Shown piece by piece: positions 45,595 through 55,727 of a stretch of DNA of 64,000 nucleotides. The translations under genes and the position numbers were made by a program. Under the pieces are notes generated by a model. That model had not been told where the DNA came from. It made no database searches and worked only from the letters and a program-made list of their open reading frames with translations. Origin of the DNA: an uncultured Eubacteriales bacterium (GTDB lineage Bacteria; Acidobacteriota; Aminicenantia; Aminicenantales; Aminicenantaceae); NCBI GenBank assembly GCA_964445575.1, contig CAYULB010000003.1, positions 12,343 to 76,342 on the forward strand, written 5' to 3'. Every line of letters begins with the position of its first letter. Within the stretch, counting starts at the first letter, position 1.

Positions 45595-47850
45595 TTACTT
45601 ATTGGAGGGTTGAGAACTCACTCCTGCAATTTTCCAGGCACTCTGCTGCTTTATCATATTCCATTTGTAGATCCCTTCAAAAAGTGCTTGTTGGATTCCA
45701 TCTCGTCTGGAAGTGCCCGTAATGATAAGAGAAATATTCACTTCTGCTGTGTGTTCATCCTCAAATCGGACAGATACATCTGATACAAAACTCTTCAAAT
45801 CTTTATAAGTCATCATGAGCCATTCCGCATCTTTTCTTATCTCAGGAAATAATTCAGACGTGCAGTTCCTTCTGTAGAACGAAATCAGTTCGTTGTTTTG
45901 CAGAGAATTGCTGTATTCCTTCACCATACTTCGAAAGCCTTTTTCATCAATCTTCTGCTGGGATAAGACTGAATATTCCTCTGCCTGTGGATTCTCAGGA
46001 TCAATCTTTAAAACCTCAGACATAACTGCAAGGGTTTCTTCATAATTTTCTTTTTCAAACTCTCGGATCCCCGAACCGATTTTACCAGCAATGAGGGCTT
46101 CCTTCTCCTTATCAACCTTCTCTTCTGACCCCACGTCACTCTTTACTGCTTCTTCCTCACGTTGAGTATCTGTCTTTTGAGTCAGTGATTCAGGCTTTTT
46201 TTCTTCAGATTCTGTCTTCTTTGATTCCTCAGGAGTGACTTTAGTTTCTGAAGGTTTTTCTGCAGAAACTTGTTTCTTTCCAGATTCCAGGGATGTTTTA
46301 TCAACTCCCGTTAAACTTTTCTCCTTGCTTTTTTCTTCAGTCTTCCCTGCACTTAAGCTCGCTTCCATTTCTTTCAATCGTTCTTCGATCTTATTGTGCT
46401 GCTCATCCTGAGGTGCTGTTTCTAGATATTTTTTATAAAAGGAGTGTGCCCCCATTAAATCATCCTTTTTATCAAATATCTCAGCAAGTTTCAGGTAAGC
46501 CCTGGGGTCAGAAGGATCTATTTCAACCATTCTGTTGTATTCTTCAGCCACCTCATCTGTTTTTCCTTGTTTCTCGAGTATTTCAGCGATTCTCACCCGC
46601 GCCTCCAGATTATGGGGCTCTTCATCCAATACATTTCTGAACAGGCTCAAAGCTTCTTCCAGTTTATTTTCATTTATCAGCTTTTCTCCGAAAGCAAAAT
46701 AATCCGTTTTCTGTAAAGGGATATCCCCTGCGAGTGTTTTATCCCGAAGCTCTCCTTTATAATCTCCTTTAAAGGGAATCAGCTTCCAAACAGTTAAACC
46801 TATTAGAGCGGCTAAAGCGACTACTGAAATTCCGGCCAAAACCTTTTTAATATTAAACTTGACTGTGATCTCTTTTGAGGTAAAAGGTCTGCTTTTGGGC
46901 ATGACTCTTTCCGTTGTGGGTATGTCTTTTTCTATATTCTTAAGTTCTTCCAGAAGCTCATTGGTATCTTGATATCTACTTTGTTTATCTTTTTCCAGAC
47001 ACTTAAGAATCAATTGATTCAGTTCTTCAGGTATCTGGTCATTAAGTTTCTTGGGCTCTTGAGGCATTTCGCTTTTGTGTTTGATGGCAACACTCAGAGC
47101 TGTTTCTCCTGAAAATGGAGTGCGTCCCGTGACCATTTCATAAAGAATAATCCCCAATGAGTAAATATCTGACCGCTTATCCACGTCTTTGGCAGAGGCC
47201 TGTTCCGGCGACATATATTCTGGGGTCCCTATCACTGTTCCTGCATCTGTAATGCTTTTGCTTTTTACAAAACGGGCCACTCCAAAATCCATGATCCGCA
47301 CATTCCCTTCTTTATCGATCATGATATTCTGGGGTTTTAAATCCCGATGGACGATGCCAAGGGCATGGGCTTCGGAAAGACCGGAACAGATCTGTTTTGC
47401 TATAAAAATCGCTTTCCCTGCACTCAAGGGCCCTACCCTTTTCATGGTGCTCTTCAGATCCTCTCCCAGCACATACTCCATGATGATGTAATAAAGCCCT
47501 CTTTCCTCCCCAAAATGATACATGCGGCAGATATTTCTATGTGAGATTCTGCGGGCCAGTTTTATCTCATTGCTGAACCGCTCAATGTATTTTTTGTCAA
47601 TCGAGATTTCAGGCTTTAAGAGTTTAAGAGCTACTTCTTCTTTTATTTTGATGTCCTCTACCCGGTAAACTCTACCCATTCCCCCTCTTCCCAGTTCTTC
47701 TATGATTTCATACCGGCCTGCAAATTTCATTCCCCTTTTTAATTCATAAACAGGTGTTTCAAGAGTCGCAGTCTGGGAATTAGAAAAATTCTCAGAATTT
47801 TGGTTGAAACTATTTTGGTTTCTCTTTTTCTCCCCGGCCATAAGGAACAC
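45595..47850 (-). CDS. Hanks-type Ser/Thr protein kinase with TM helix, periplasmic TPR repeats and C-terminal NTF2-like domain
   Basis: GRGGMGRVY, VALK, HRDLKPQNIMI, DFGVA, GTPEYMSPE. Single TM VLAGISVVALAALIGLTVW. TPR-like repeats. E/K-rich linker. Confidence 0.85.
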   Translation of the reverse strand: MFLMAGEKKRNQNSFNQNSENFSNSQTATLETPVYELKRGMKFAGRYEIIEELGRGGMGRVYRVEDIKIKEEVALKLLKPEISIDKKYIERFSNEIKLARRISHRNICRMYHFGEERGLYYIIMEYVLGEDLKSTMKRVGPLSAGKAIFIAKQICSGLSEAHALGIVHRDLKPQNIMIDKEGNVRIMDFGVARFVKSKSITDAGTVIGTPEYMSPEQASAKDVDKRSDIYSLGIILYEMVTGRTPFSGETALSVAIKHKSEMPQEPKKLNDQIPEELNQLILKCLEKDKQSRYQDTNELLEELKNIEKDIPTTERVMPKSRPFTSKEITVKFNIKKVLAGISVVALAALIGLTVWKLIPFKGDYKGELRDKTLAGDIPLQKTDYFAFGEKLINENKLEEALSLFRNVLDEEPHNLEARVRIAEILEKQGKTDEVAEEYNRMVEIDPSDPRAYLKLAEIFDKKDDLMGAHSFYKKYLETAPQDEQHNKIEERLKEMEASLSAGKTEEKSKEKSLTGVDKTSLESGKKQVSAEKPSETKVTPEESKKTESEEKKPESLTQKTDTQREEEAVKSDVGSEEKVDKEKEALIAGKIGSGIREFEKENYEETLAVMSEVLKIDPENPQAEEYSVLSQQKIDEKGFRSMVKEYSNSLQNNELISFYRRNCTSELFPEIRKDAEWLMMTYKDLKSFVSDVSVRFEDEHTAEVNISLIITGTSRRDGIQQALFEGIYKWNMIKQQSAWKIAGVSSQPSNK

Positions 47851-48237
47851 TCCAAATCTTATTTGATACTTATCATATTATAGAATGAAATGAAAGGTCA
47901 ATAACTATCATTACAGAGAATCTAATCCTGCCCCTCCTGCTGCGGTCTCTTGAGGACCTGCATTAAAACTGATCCCCTGTCAACCTTATTTTAACAAATA
48001 TTTTATCTCTCTTAATGACATTAAGATCAGCATATCTGCTTTTTTGCACGGTTCTCTCTTTATAATCTACCTCCGCCCCGTCAACTTCAGCAGATTTTAC
48101 TCTTTTTCCCTCTGGAAGAAAAACATGAAAAAATACTGACCACCTTGGGCTGAAAAATGTCTTTTGTGTTCTCTGCCATGGGAAGACCTATAAAGCAAAA
48201 TAAAGATGTCAAGTGTTTTTTACTCTCCCCTGTTAGT

Positions 48238-49170
48238 CTATCTGGTTATAATTTCTGATGTTTTGGTTACCCGGTTTCTTCCGCACTGTTTTGAATGATA
48301 CAGAGAGCGGTCAGCGTCTTCAATAAGCTGCTTATAGTCATGATACCTTTTTTTTGCCTGGGTGCAGGCTATTCCTAAGCTGACTGTTATTTTAATCTCT
48401 TTTCCTTCTGAGCAAACAGGCGACTTTTGTATTTTTTCTCGAACCCTTTCTGCATAAACTCCAGCCCCCTTTTCATCTGTATTTCTGAGGATTATTGAAA
48501 ATTCTTCTCCCCCATATCGTGCAAAAATATCAGACTCCCTACACACTGATTTTATTGATTCCGCCAATTTAATCAAAATATGGTCCCCTGCTAAATGCCC
48601 GTACTTATCGTTTATTTCTTTAAAGTGGTCAATATCAATCATGACCAGTGATAATGGAATTTCATATCTTTCCCCATGGCTCATTTCTTCTTTCAGTCGT
48701 TCTATAAAATACCTTTTATTATAAACCCCTGTTAAAGGGTCTCTGACCCCTAATTCATACAGTTCATCAATAGCCACTTTCTCGTCTTCATCAGCAAAAA
48801 AGAACTTAAAAATAGTGAGAGGACTCAGATGAATCTTGTCATTCTGCTTCAATGTTTTTTTCTTTATTTTTTCGCCATTGACAAAAGTTCCGTTGGTGCT
48901 TCCCTGGTCTTCTATGAAAGCTTTTTCGCCCTTCAATTCTAATTTCAGATGTTTTCTTGAAATCCGTTTATCATTGATCACAATATCCGAATCCTGCTGC
49001 CTGCCAATAAAAATGGTTCCTTCCGTGAGAGGAAAAAGTTGCCCCTTTAAAGGACCTGACAGAAAAAAAAGATAGGCTTTCTTTGGTTTTTCTTCAACCA
49101 AACCTGTTACAGAAGTATTCGCAGTTTGGTCAATTAATTCTTCCTGGTCTTTTTTCTTTTTACTCTTCAT
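48238..49170 (-). CDS. FHA-domain diguanylate cyclase (FHA-GGDEF)
   Basis: FHA (FIGRQQDSDIVINDKRISRKHLKL...GSTNGTFVNG). GGDEF (RYGGEEF), D.DHFK.IND. Confidence 0.85.
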   Translation of the reverse strand: MKSKKKKDQEELIDQTANTSVTGLVEEKPKKAYLFFLSGPLKGQLFPLTEGTIFIGRQQDSDIVINDKRISRKHLKLELKGEKAFIEDQGSTNGTFVNGEKIKKKTLKQNDKIHLSPLTIFKFFFADEDEKVAIDELYELGVRDPLTGVYNKRYFIERLKEEMSHGERYEIPLSLVMIDIDHFKEINDKYGHLAGDHILIKLAESIKSVCRESDIFARYGGEEFSIILRNTDEKGAGVYAERVREKIQKSPVCSEGKEIKITVSLGIACTQAKKRYHDYKQLIEDADRSLYHSKQCGRNRVTKTSEIITR

Positions 49171-49185
49171 GTTTTCTACTCTTAA

Positions 49186-51273
49186 CTATTTACATTGTTT
49201 TGTCAAAATCAAATTTCCAAATTTCCCGACTACAGCTTTCCATGCCGGTCCAAATACAGTGGTTGACTCTCTCTCTTCAATCACTGCAGGCCCTTTTATT
49301 AAATGTCCGCACATCAACCTGTCTCTTTCATAAATCCGACATTCCAAGTTTTTATCCCCGATCCACACCTTTCTCAATTCTTTATGTCCGGGACATTTGT
49401 TTTTTCCGACTTTCTCAATGTTATTGAATGCAGGCTTCTTTCTGACCTCAAGGGCTTTTATCCTTAAATTGACCACTTGGATTTCTTCTTCAGGAGCTTT
49501 GTGTCCGTATATCTTTTCATGCTGTTCATGAAACTTTGATTTTGTATTCGCAATATCTGATTCTGACAAGAAATGCGCAGGCATACTGATATTTAATTCA
49601 TAGTTCTGTTTGGCTAATCTCATATCTGCACTGATTAGCACTTTTTGGTTCTTTTCTAAAACCTGGTGTTCCTCAAACCATTTTTGGCTCTTCTTCTTAA
49701 GAGAAGACAAACCCTCATTTATTTGCTCTCTATTTTTTTCTAAGCTCACCATGAGAGTCTCGGCAAAATCTGTGCTCATGTCAGCAAAGAGCAGCCCCAA
49801 GCTTGAAAACAATCCTGCCATTCTAGGAATCACCACTCGGGATATAGACATTCTTTCAGCTAACTCAAAAGCATGAAGAGGCCCTGCCCCCCCGTAAGCT
49901 ATTAAAGTAAAATCTCTCGGGTCATGCCCTCGAGAAATGGATAAAAGGCGAAGTATCCTCAGCATGCTGGCATTGGCAATGGAAATAATGCCAAATGCAG
50001 ATTCAACCTCACTCATGTTCATGGGACCACCCAGCTTCTTTGAGATGGCTTCATGTGCCAGCTTTTTTTCCAGCTTCATCTCCCCTCCTAAAAAATTTGT
50101 AGGGGAAAGTCTTCCCAGCAGAAGATGGGCATCTGTCACAGTCGGGTTTTCTCCTCCTTTCCCGTAACCTGCCGGACCCGGATAAGCTCCAGCACTTTGG
50201 GGGCCCACTTTTATGTGCCCTCCTTTATCAATCCAGGCAATACTTCCCGCCCCAGCTCCGCATTCAACCACATCTATCATGGGAGTCCTCACAGTATATC
50301 CGCTTCCTTTCTGCCTCCCCCCCGAGTGAAGCTCTCCTCCAACTTCATACTCTGGAGTATAAGCAAGAACATTGTTTCGTATCATCCCGGCTTTAGCAGT
50401 GGTCCCACCCATATCAAAGGCAATCACTTTATCCATTCCAAGCTTCTTGGACAGATTCAAAGCTCCGATCAGACCTGCGGCAGGGCCTGATTCAATAAGA
50501 GTATGAGGCTTGTCTTCAGCCCGTTCTGGATCTGATACCCCTCCTCCGGAATGCATAATGGCCAGGGGTATGGATTTCCCTCCTGCACAGCTTAGTTTCT
50601 CTCTTATGGCTCTTAGATAATTTATTACTTTAGGAGCAACCGCTGCAGCTATAACCGTTGTGGATGCTCGTTCATACTCACGAAATTCTGGAGAGACTTC
50701 ATGGGAGAGGTATATTGGCTTTCCGCCTAATATTTTTTGGGCTGCTTTCTTAATCTCAGTTTCATGTTCTAGCACATTAAAGGAGAAAATAAGCACCACG
50801 GCCAACGCTTCAATATCTTCATTTTTCAGTTCTTTTAATTTTCTTTCTGCGTCTTTCTTGTTTAGAGACAGAAGAATTTTCTTATCAGCAGTAATTCTCT
50901 CTTGAACCTCCTTGACAAGATATCTTGGAACCAAAGGGATTTTCCGGTCTTCCATCAAATCATACAAATCAGGACGCTGCTGCCGGCCGATTTCTAAAAT
51001 ATCTTTAAAACCTTGAGTGACTATCAATCCGATTTTGGAAGTCTTCCCTTCCAATAAAGAATTGGTCACAATGGTAGTCCCGTGTATAATGATTTTAACA
51101 GCTGATATTTTCTTCCCTGCCTCACAAAGAACCTTGGTGAGTCCTTTAATAAAGGCTTCCTCAGGATTTTCAGGTGAAGATCTGACTTTTGACTTCCAAA
51201 ACTCTCCTGTTTTATCATCATAGAGGATGGTATCTGTAAAGGTTCCTCCGATATCAACAGCTGCCCTTATCAT
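49186..51273 (-). CDS. hyuA: Hydantoinase/oxoprolinase family protein, HyuA-type subunit
   Basis: N-terminal DIGGTFTDT actin-like ATPase fold. 695 aa. Overlaps hyuB by 4 nt. Confidence 0.85.
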   Translation of the reverse strand: MIRAAVDIGGTFTDTILYDDKTGEFWKSKVRSSPENPEEAFIKGLTKVLCEAGKKISAVKIIIHGTTIVTNSLLEGKTSKIGLIVTQGFKDILEIGRQQRPDLYDLMEDRKIPLVPRYLVKEVQERITADKKILLSLNKKDAERKLKELKNEDIEALAVVLIFSFNVLEHETEIKKAAQKILGGKPIYLSHEVSPEFREYERASTTVIAAAVAPKVINYLRAIREKLSCAGGKSIPLAIMHSGGGVSDPERAEDKPHTLIESGPAAGLIGALNLSKKLGMDKVIAFDMGGTTAKAGMIRNNVLAYTPEYEVGGELHSGGRQKGSGYTVRTPMIDVVECGAGAGSIAWIDKGGHIKVGPQSAGAYPGPAGYGKGGENPTVTDAHLLLGRLSPTNFLGGEMKLEKKLAHEAISKKLGGPMNMSEVESAFGIISIANASMLRILRLLSISRGHDPRDFTLIAYGGAGPLHAFELAERMSISRVVIPRMAGLFSSLGLLFADMSTDFAETLMVSLEKNREQINEGLSSLKKKSQKWFEEHQVLEKNQKVLISADMRLAKQNYELNISMPAHFLSESDIANTKSKFHEQHEKIYGHKAPEEEIQVVNLRIKALEVRKKPAFNNIEKVGKNKCPGHKELRKVWIGDKNLECRIYERDRLMCGHLIKGPAVIEERESTTVFGPAWKAVVGKFGNLILTKQCK

Positions 51274-53054
51274 TGCTTTCCCTCTTTTGATTTTTTCTTT
51301 CTCAGCTTTCTAGTGGCAGTTGTGTCAACCTCTCCTTTCTCGGTAATCTCCACCCCGTATTCAGACCGGGCTTTGGCACGAGTGACTTTTCCATTTAAAA
51401 AATCGTCTCTCACTTGCTCAACTGCTCTTTTAAGGGGAGAGCCGTAACCTCCGCCTCCTGCAGTCTTGAATTTAAGCACTTCATTTTTTTGAATCAGTAT
51501 TTCTGATGATTTTGACCTTAATTTTTGTTCTTTTCCTGAATTTCTATGGACCTTAAAACTTCCTCTGCCACCCGGCTTCCCTCCAAATAGCCCCCAGGGA
51601 GATGCTTTGTGCCTGTCAGAGTGGGCTGAAAACAATAAGGGTACCAGGGCTTGAACATGTTTTCGGATTCCCAGGCCCCCTCTAAATCGCCCCGGACCAC
51701 CAGAGTCAGGAATAAGCTCATATTTGAGAACGCGAAGAGGATATTCCATTTCCATAGCTTCTATGGGCAGATTCGAGGTGTTGGTAATGTTCACCTGAAC
51801 TCCGTCTTGACCGTCTTTTTCTTTTCTGGCCCCCATTCCTCCTCCCAGAGCTTCTACATACACAAAATCTTCCCCTGATAATGACTTTGTTCCTCCAAAA
51901 ATAACCGCTGTGGTCGCTCCATTTGAGGCTGCGGTGATTTTTTCTGGCATTATTTTTGAGAAAGACCCCATTATCACATCCACAACTCTTTGAGCTGTAT
52001 CAGTTCTCCCCCCCACTGGAGCAGGTTCTTCAGCATTGACCAGAGTTCCCCGAGGGGCAGTGATTTTTATGGGTTTCATGAATCCTTGATTGATTGGAAT
52101 CTCAGGGACAATAACAGCTTTCACAGAATAATAGACCGTGGCCAGCAGAGCCTGCCATACCATATTGATCCCCCCGGAAGCCTGAGGATCAGTTCCGGAA
52201 AAATCAAATTCAATAGAGGGAAAGGGCTTATGCGATATTTTGACACCTGCTTTTATTCTGAGCCGCTTATTATTCACTCCGTCATCATCCATCACATCTT
52301 CAAATGAATAGTTCCCCTCAGGAATCTCTGACAATGCTTTCTCCAGCCAATGCTGGCTATAATGAAATATCTCTGCAATAACCTCTTCAACTTTTTCTAT
52401 GCCGTAGGTCTCATACAATTCAAGAAGCCTTCTCGCTCCCAGCTTAAGTGAAGCCACCTGTGCTCTGAGGTCCCCCTCCCTTTCCGGTCGATTCCTCATA
52501 TTTGAGAGGATGATCTCCATCATGTCTTTCTGAAAATCTCCTTCTTTAACCAATCTTGAAGGGGGTATGCGGACTCCTTCCTGAAAAAGCTCTGTAGAAT
52601 CTCCTGCAGTTCCCACTCCTGGAGAACGTCCTCCCACATCTGTCCAGTGAGCAATATTCGCGGTGAATCCAATAAGATTTTTCTTAAAAAAAACAGGTTT
52701 CACTAAAGTGATATCCGGCAGATGGGACCCTCCTCCTAAATAGGGATCGTTGGCAATCATTATGTCACCTGGTTTGAAATTCCATTCTTCTTTACTTTTT
52801 CCGATTCTGCTCATCAACCCCTGCATGGAACCCAAATGGATGGGAATGTTTTCCGCTAAGACTATGAGCTGTCCCTTTTTATTGAAAATAGCGCAAGAAC
52901 AATCTTTTCTTTCTTTAATGTTGGTGGAATAAGCGGACCTAACCAGAGATGTACTCATTTCTTCAGATATGGATCGGAAAGAATTCAAAATGACTTCAGA
53001 AGTGATAGGGTCTGCTTTGTTTTTCATGGTATTAGCTAATTTCTTTAATAACAC
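51270..53054 (-). CDS. hyuB: Hydantoinase B/oxoprolinase family protein, HyuB-type subunit
   Basis: 594 aa with family-typical blocks (DITLVKPVF, GGGGYGSP). Confidence 0.85.
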   Translation of the reverse strand: MLLKKLANTMKNKADPITSEVILNSFRSISEEMSTSLVRSAYSTNIKERKDCSCAIFNKKGQLIVLAENIPIHLGSMQGLMSRIGKSKEEWNFKPGDIMIANDPYLGGGSHLPDITLVKPVFFKKNLIGFTANIAHWTDVGGRSPGVGTAGDSTELFQEGVRIPPSRLVKEGDFQKDMMEIILSNMRNRPEREGDLRAQVASLKLGARRLLELYETYGIEKVEEVIAEIFHYSQHWLEKALSEIPEGNYSFEDVMDDDGVNNKRLRIKAGVKISHKPFPSIEFDFSGTDPQASGGINMVWQALLATVYYSVKAVIVPEIPINQGFMKPIKITAPRGTLVNAEEPAPVGGRTDTAQRVVDVIMGSFSKIMPEKITAASNGATTAVIFGGTKSLSGEDFVYVEALGGGMGARKEKDGQDGVQVNITNTSNLPIEAMEMEYPLRVLKYELIPDSGGPGRFRGGLGIRKHVQALVPLLFSAHSDRHKASPWGLFGGKPGGRGSFKVHRNSGKEQKLRSKSSEILIQKNEVLKFKTAGGGGYGSPLKRAVEQVRDDFLNGKVTRAKARSEYGVEITEKGEVDTTATRKLRKKKSKEGKQ

Positions 53055-53321
53055 ATACTTTATTTTAGGTCAAAAAAGGACAAAGCCTGACTGTTGCATT
53101 CAGATAGAATTCACAAAGAAACTTTATGGACAGAATCACTCCTATTGACAGGAAATGTTTATTCAACATATTATAATTAAGAAAAGATGTTGAACGAATT
53201 AACCTGGACTATTCACGAGTCAAGATTGCGGCAGATGCGAGGCATCAGAGCATGAAGTCGTGGTCCTTCACTGCGAATGCCCTGTAACGAAGCAGATGCC
53301 GTGAGATCGGCTCGCCTCAAT

Positions 53322-53445
53322 GGTAAAAAAATAGCGATTAAAATAAAAAATTCAAATAAGAAAAATGTTAAGACATTGTTCTTGAAAAAATCTTGTCTAT
53401 TGCTGAAAATAAATTGATAATGAAAACATCGCCGTTTTTTTTATG
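53322..53445. repeat. ~125-bp intergenic element, copy 2 (imperfect inverted repeats AAAAAAATAGCGAT...ATCGCCGTTTTTTTT)
   Basis: About 75% identical to 26425-26550 across the interior (e.g. AATGTTAAGACATTGTTCTTGAAAAAATCTTG). Located in a divergent intergenic region upstream of CocE/NonD gene. Confidence 0.5.
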
Positions 53446-53476
53446 AATAGTTCAGGTTAGAAAGGAGGTACTGATT

Positions 53477-55459
53477 ATGAATCAAAGAATTCTGAATCTA
53501 TCCCTCTTCCATAAAGTGTTCCTACCCATATTGGTGGTCTTTTTTATTATTTCCAGCACTTTATTGGGACAGGAACAAGAAAAATTTTCTTCCTTTGGTA
53601 AGTACCAAGGATACTCCACTGAACGATTTGATTCCTGGGTCAGGTTTTCTCAATACCTCACCATGCGCGACGGAACGCAAATCGCTGTTGATATTATAAG
53701 GCCGGCTGTGGATGGAAAACCCGTGGAAGAACCTCTCCCTGTGGTATGGACCCATACAAGATACAGACGCGCTTCCAGAGATGATGAGGGAAACATACAC
53801 AGCACCGCTGAATCCTTTTATCTCCACCCTCTTTTAAAGCATGGATATATTACGGCAGCGGCAGATGTCCGCGGTTCTGGAGCCTCATTCGGTACCTGGC
53901 AGGGCATCTTCACCCAGAAAGAAACCCAGGATGCCTATGAGATAACAGAATGGCTGGCTTCCCAATCCTGGTGCGATGGAAACGTGGGCATGTTCGGTGG
54001 CTCTTATCTGGGCATAACACAACTTATGGCTGCCTCAACCAAACCTCCCCATTTAAAAGCCATTTTTCCCATGGTAGCCCTTTTTGATTTCTATGAAATC
54101 TGTTCGCCCGGAGGAGTGCTGCGGGATGACTTTCTTCAAACCTGGAGCGAATTAACCCAGGTGCTGGATACCCAGCCCGGAGCCGTTCCGGTGGATGAAG
54201 ACCCAGAAGGAGAATTATTGAAAAAAGCCTTGAAAGAACACCAGAAGAACCGCTCCCTCATCCAAATCGTATCCTCCCTTAAATATAGGGATGACCAAGA
54301 CCCTGTCACAGGAGCTTATCCCTTTCAAGATTGGCATCCAGCTGGCTTCATTAAAGAAATCAATGCTTCTGATATTCCTATGTACATTTGGGCAGGCTGG
54401 TTTGATTCTTTTACCAAAGATTCTTTTTTGATGTTTGAAAATTTCTCAGCTCCTAAAAAACTTTTGGTGGGGGCCTGGTCTCACTCGCCCGGGAACAAAG
54501 AAATCAGGAAGAATGAGTTTGATCTTTTAGCGGTTGAACAGCTGCGGTGGTTTGATTACTGGCTTAAAGGAATAGACAACGGCATTATGGATGAACCCCC
54601 CATACGGTATCATGTGATGGAAGATCCGGGTCAGAACCGCTGGGAAACCGCAGAGGAGCGGCCTTTACCTCAAACCAGCTCTATAAATTATTATTTTTCC
54701 CCAGGTCCTTCAGGAAGTGTCACATCTGTTAATGACGGAATTCTGAATACAGAAGTCCCCCAATCAGAATCCGCTTCAGATCCCTATACCCTTGACTATT
54801 CCGCTTCAAGCGGAACCGCTACCCGCTGGGACAATGCTGTGGGAGGAGATTTTGATTATCCAGACATGACCTCCAATGACCGAAAAGGACTCACTTATAC
54901 CACACCACCTCTTGAAAAAGACATTCAAGTAACCGGCCACCCTGTGGTGCGCTTATGGCTGAGTTCTTCAAGCAAAGACGGAAACATCTTTGTTTATTTG
55001 GAAGAGGTAGATGAGAATGGATTTTCTCACTACTTGACAGAAGGAGTGCTGCGTCTTTCTCACCGAGAGCTTAATCAGCCTCCCTATAATAACTTTGAAC
55101 TTCCCTATCACCGCAGTTTTCAGAAAGATATTCAGCCTGTGACTCTAGGGGAACCGGTTGAACTGGTTTTTGACATGCAGCCTACCTCCAACGTGTTTAA
55201 TGAAGGACACCGCATCCGTGTGACTCTGACCGGCGCAGACAAAAACAATGCTGAAACCGAAATCCTTGATCCTCCTCCTGTTTATGTGGTTTACCGAAGT
55301 TCTGATAAGCCATCTCATATAGAGCTTCCTGTTTTTGAAAAACAAATTGAAATCCCAGAAGAAGGAATTTCTTTAGTCTTGTTACTGGTCATTTCCCTGG
55401 TATTGATTATCTTAGTTTTAGTTTTCACTAACTTTATGCGCAGGAAGCCCCGTAAATAA
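53477..55459 (+). CDS. CocE/NonD-family (S15 X-Pro dipeptidyl-peptidase-like) alpha/beta hydrolase with signal peptide and C-terminal TM anchor
   Basis: GGSYLG nucleophile elbow. Family length (660 aa). C-terminal hydrophobic tail LVLLLVISLVLIILVLVF+RRKPRK. Confidence 0.75.
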   Translation: MNQRILNLSLFHKVFLPILVVFFIISSTLLGQEQEKFSSFGKYQGYSTERFDSWVRFSQYLTMRDGTQIAVDIIRPAVDGKPVEEPLPVVWTHTRYRRASRDDEGNIHSTAESFYLHPLLKHGYITAAADVRGSGASFGTWQGIFTQKETQDAYEITEWLASQSWCDGNVGMFGGSYLGITQLMAASTKPPHLKAIFPMVALFDFYEICSPGGVLRDDFLQTWSELTQVLDTQPGAVPVDEDPEGELLKKALKEHQKNRSLIQIVSSLKYRDDQDPVTGAYPFQDWHPAGFIKEINASDIPMYIWAGWFDSFTKDSFLMFENFSAPKKLLVGAWSHSPGNKEIRKNEFDLLAVEQLRWFDYWLKGIDNGIMDEPPIRYHVMEDPGQNRWETAEERPLPQTSSINYYFSPGPSGSVTSVNDGILNTEVPQSESASDPYTLDYSASSGTATRWDNAVGGDFDYPDMTSNDRKGLTYTTPPLEKDIQVTGHPVVRLWLSSSSKDGNIFVYLEEVDENGFSHYLTEGVLRLSHRELNQPPYNNFELPYHRSFQKDIQPVTLGEPVELVFDMQPTSNVFNEGHRIRVTLTGADKNNAETEILDPPPVYVVYRSSDKPSHIELPVFEKQIEIPEEGISLVLLLVISLVLIILVLVFTNFMRRKPRK

Positions 55460-55512
55460 AAAAAGACCTGGCTCGAGGAAAAAACAGAAAATATATCAGC
55501 CTGCGTTATCTA

Positions 55513-55701
55513 TTTTTCACTGAGATATTTTAAGAACCACTCAAGTTGAAGCTTGAGCACGGCTTTGGCCAGCTTTGGTTCTCCAGGTCCATGACCACTT
55601 CTGGGGAGAACAGCCATTTCCACAGTTTTATCTGCCCGTTTTAAGGCCTGATAAAGTTCATAACGTTGAAGCCAAAGTAATATCTTAAAAACTTGTTTTA
55701 T
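55513..55701 (-). pseudogene. C-terminal fragment of an S9-family (prolyl oligopeptidase/acylaminoacyl-peptidase-like) serine peptidase
   Basis: Minus-strand frame open stop-to-stop with no ATG near its 5' end. Reads ...EMAVLPRSGHGPGEPKLAKAVLKLQLEWFLKYLSEK*, the catalytic-His GHG block plus typical S9 C-terminus. Confidence 0.4.
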
Positions 55702-55727
55702 TTAATATAGAATAAGACAGTCTACTC

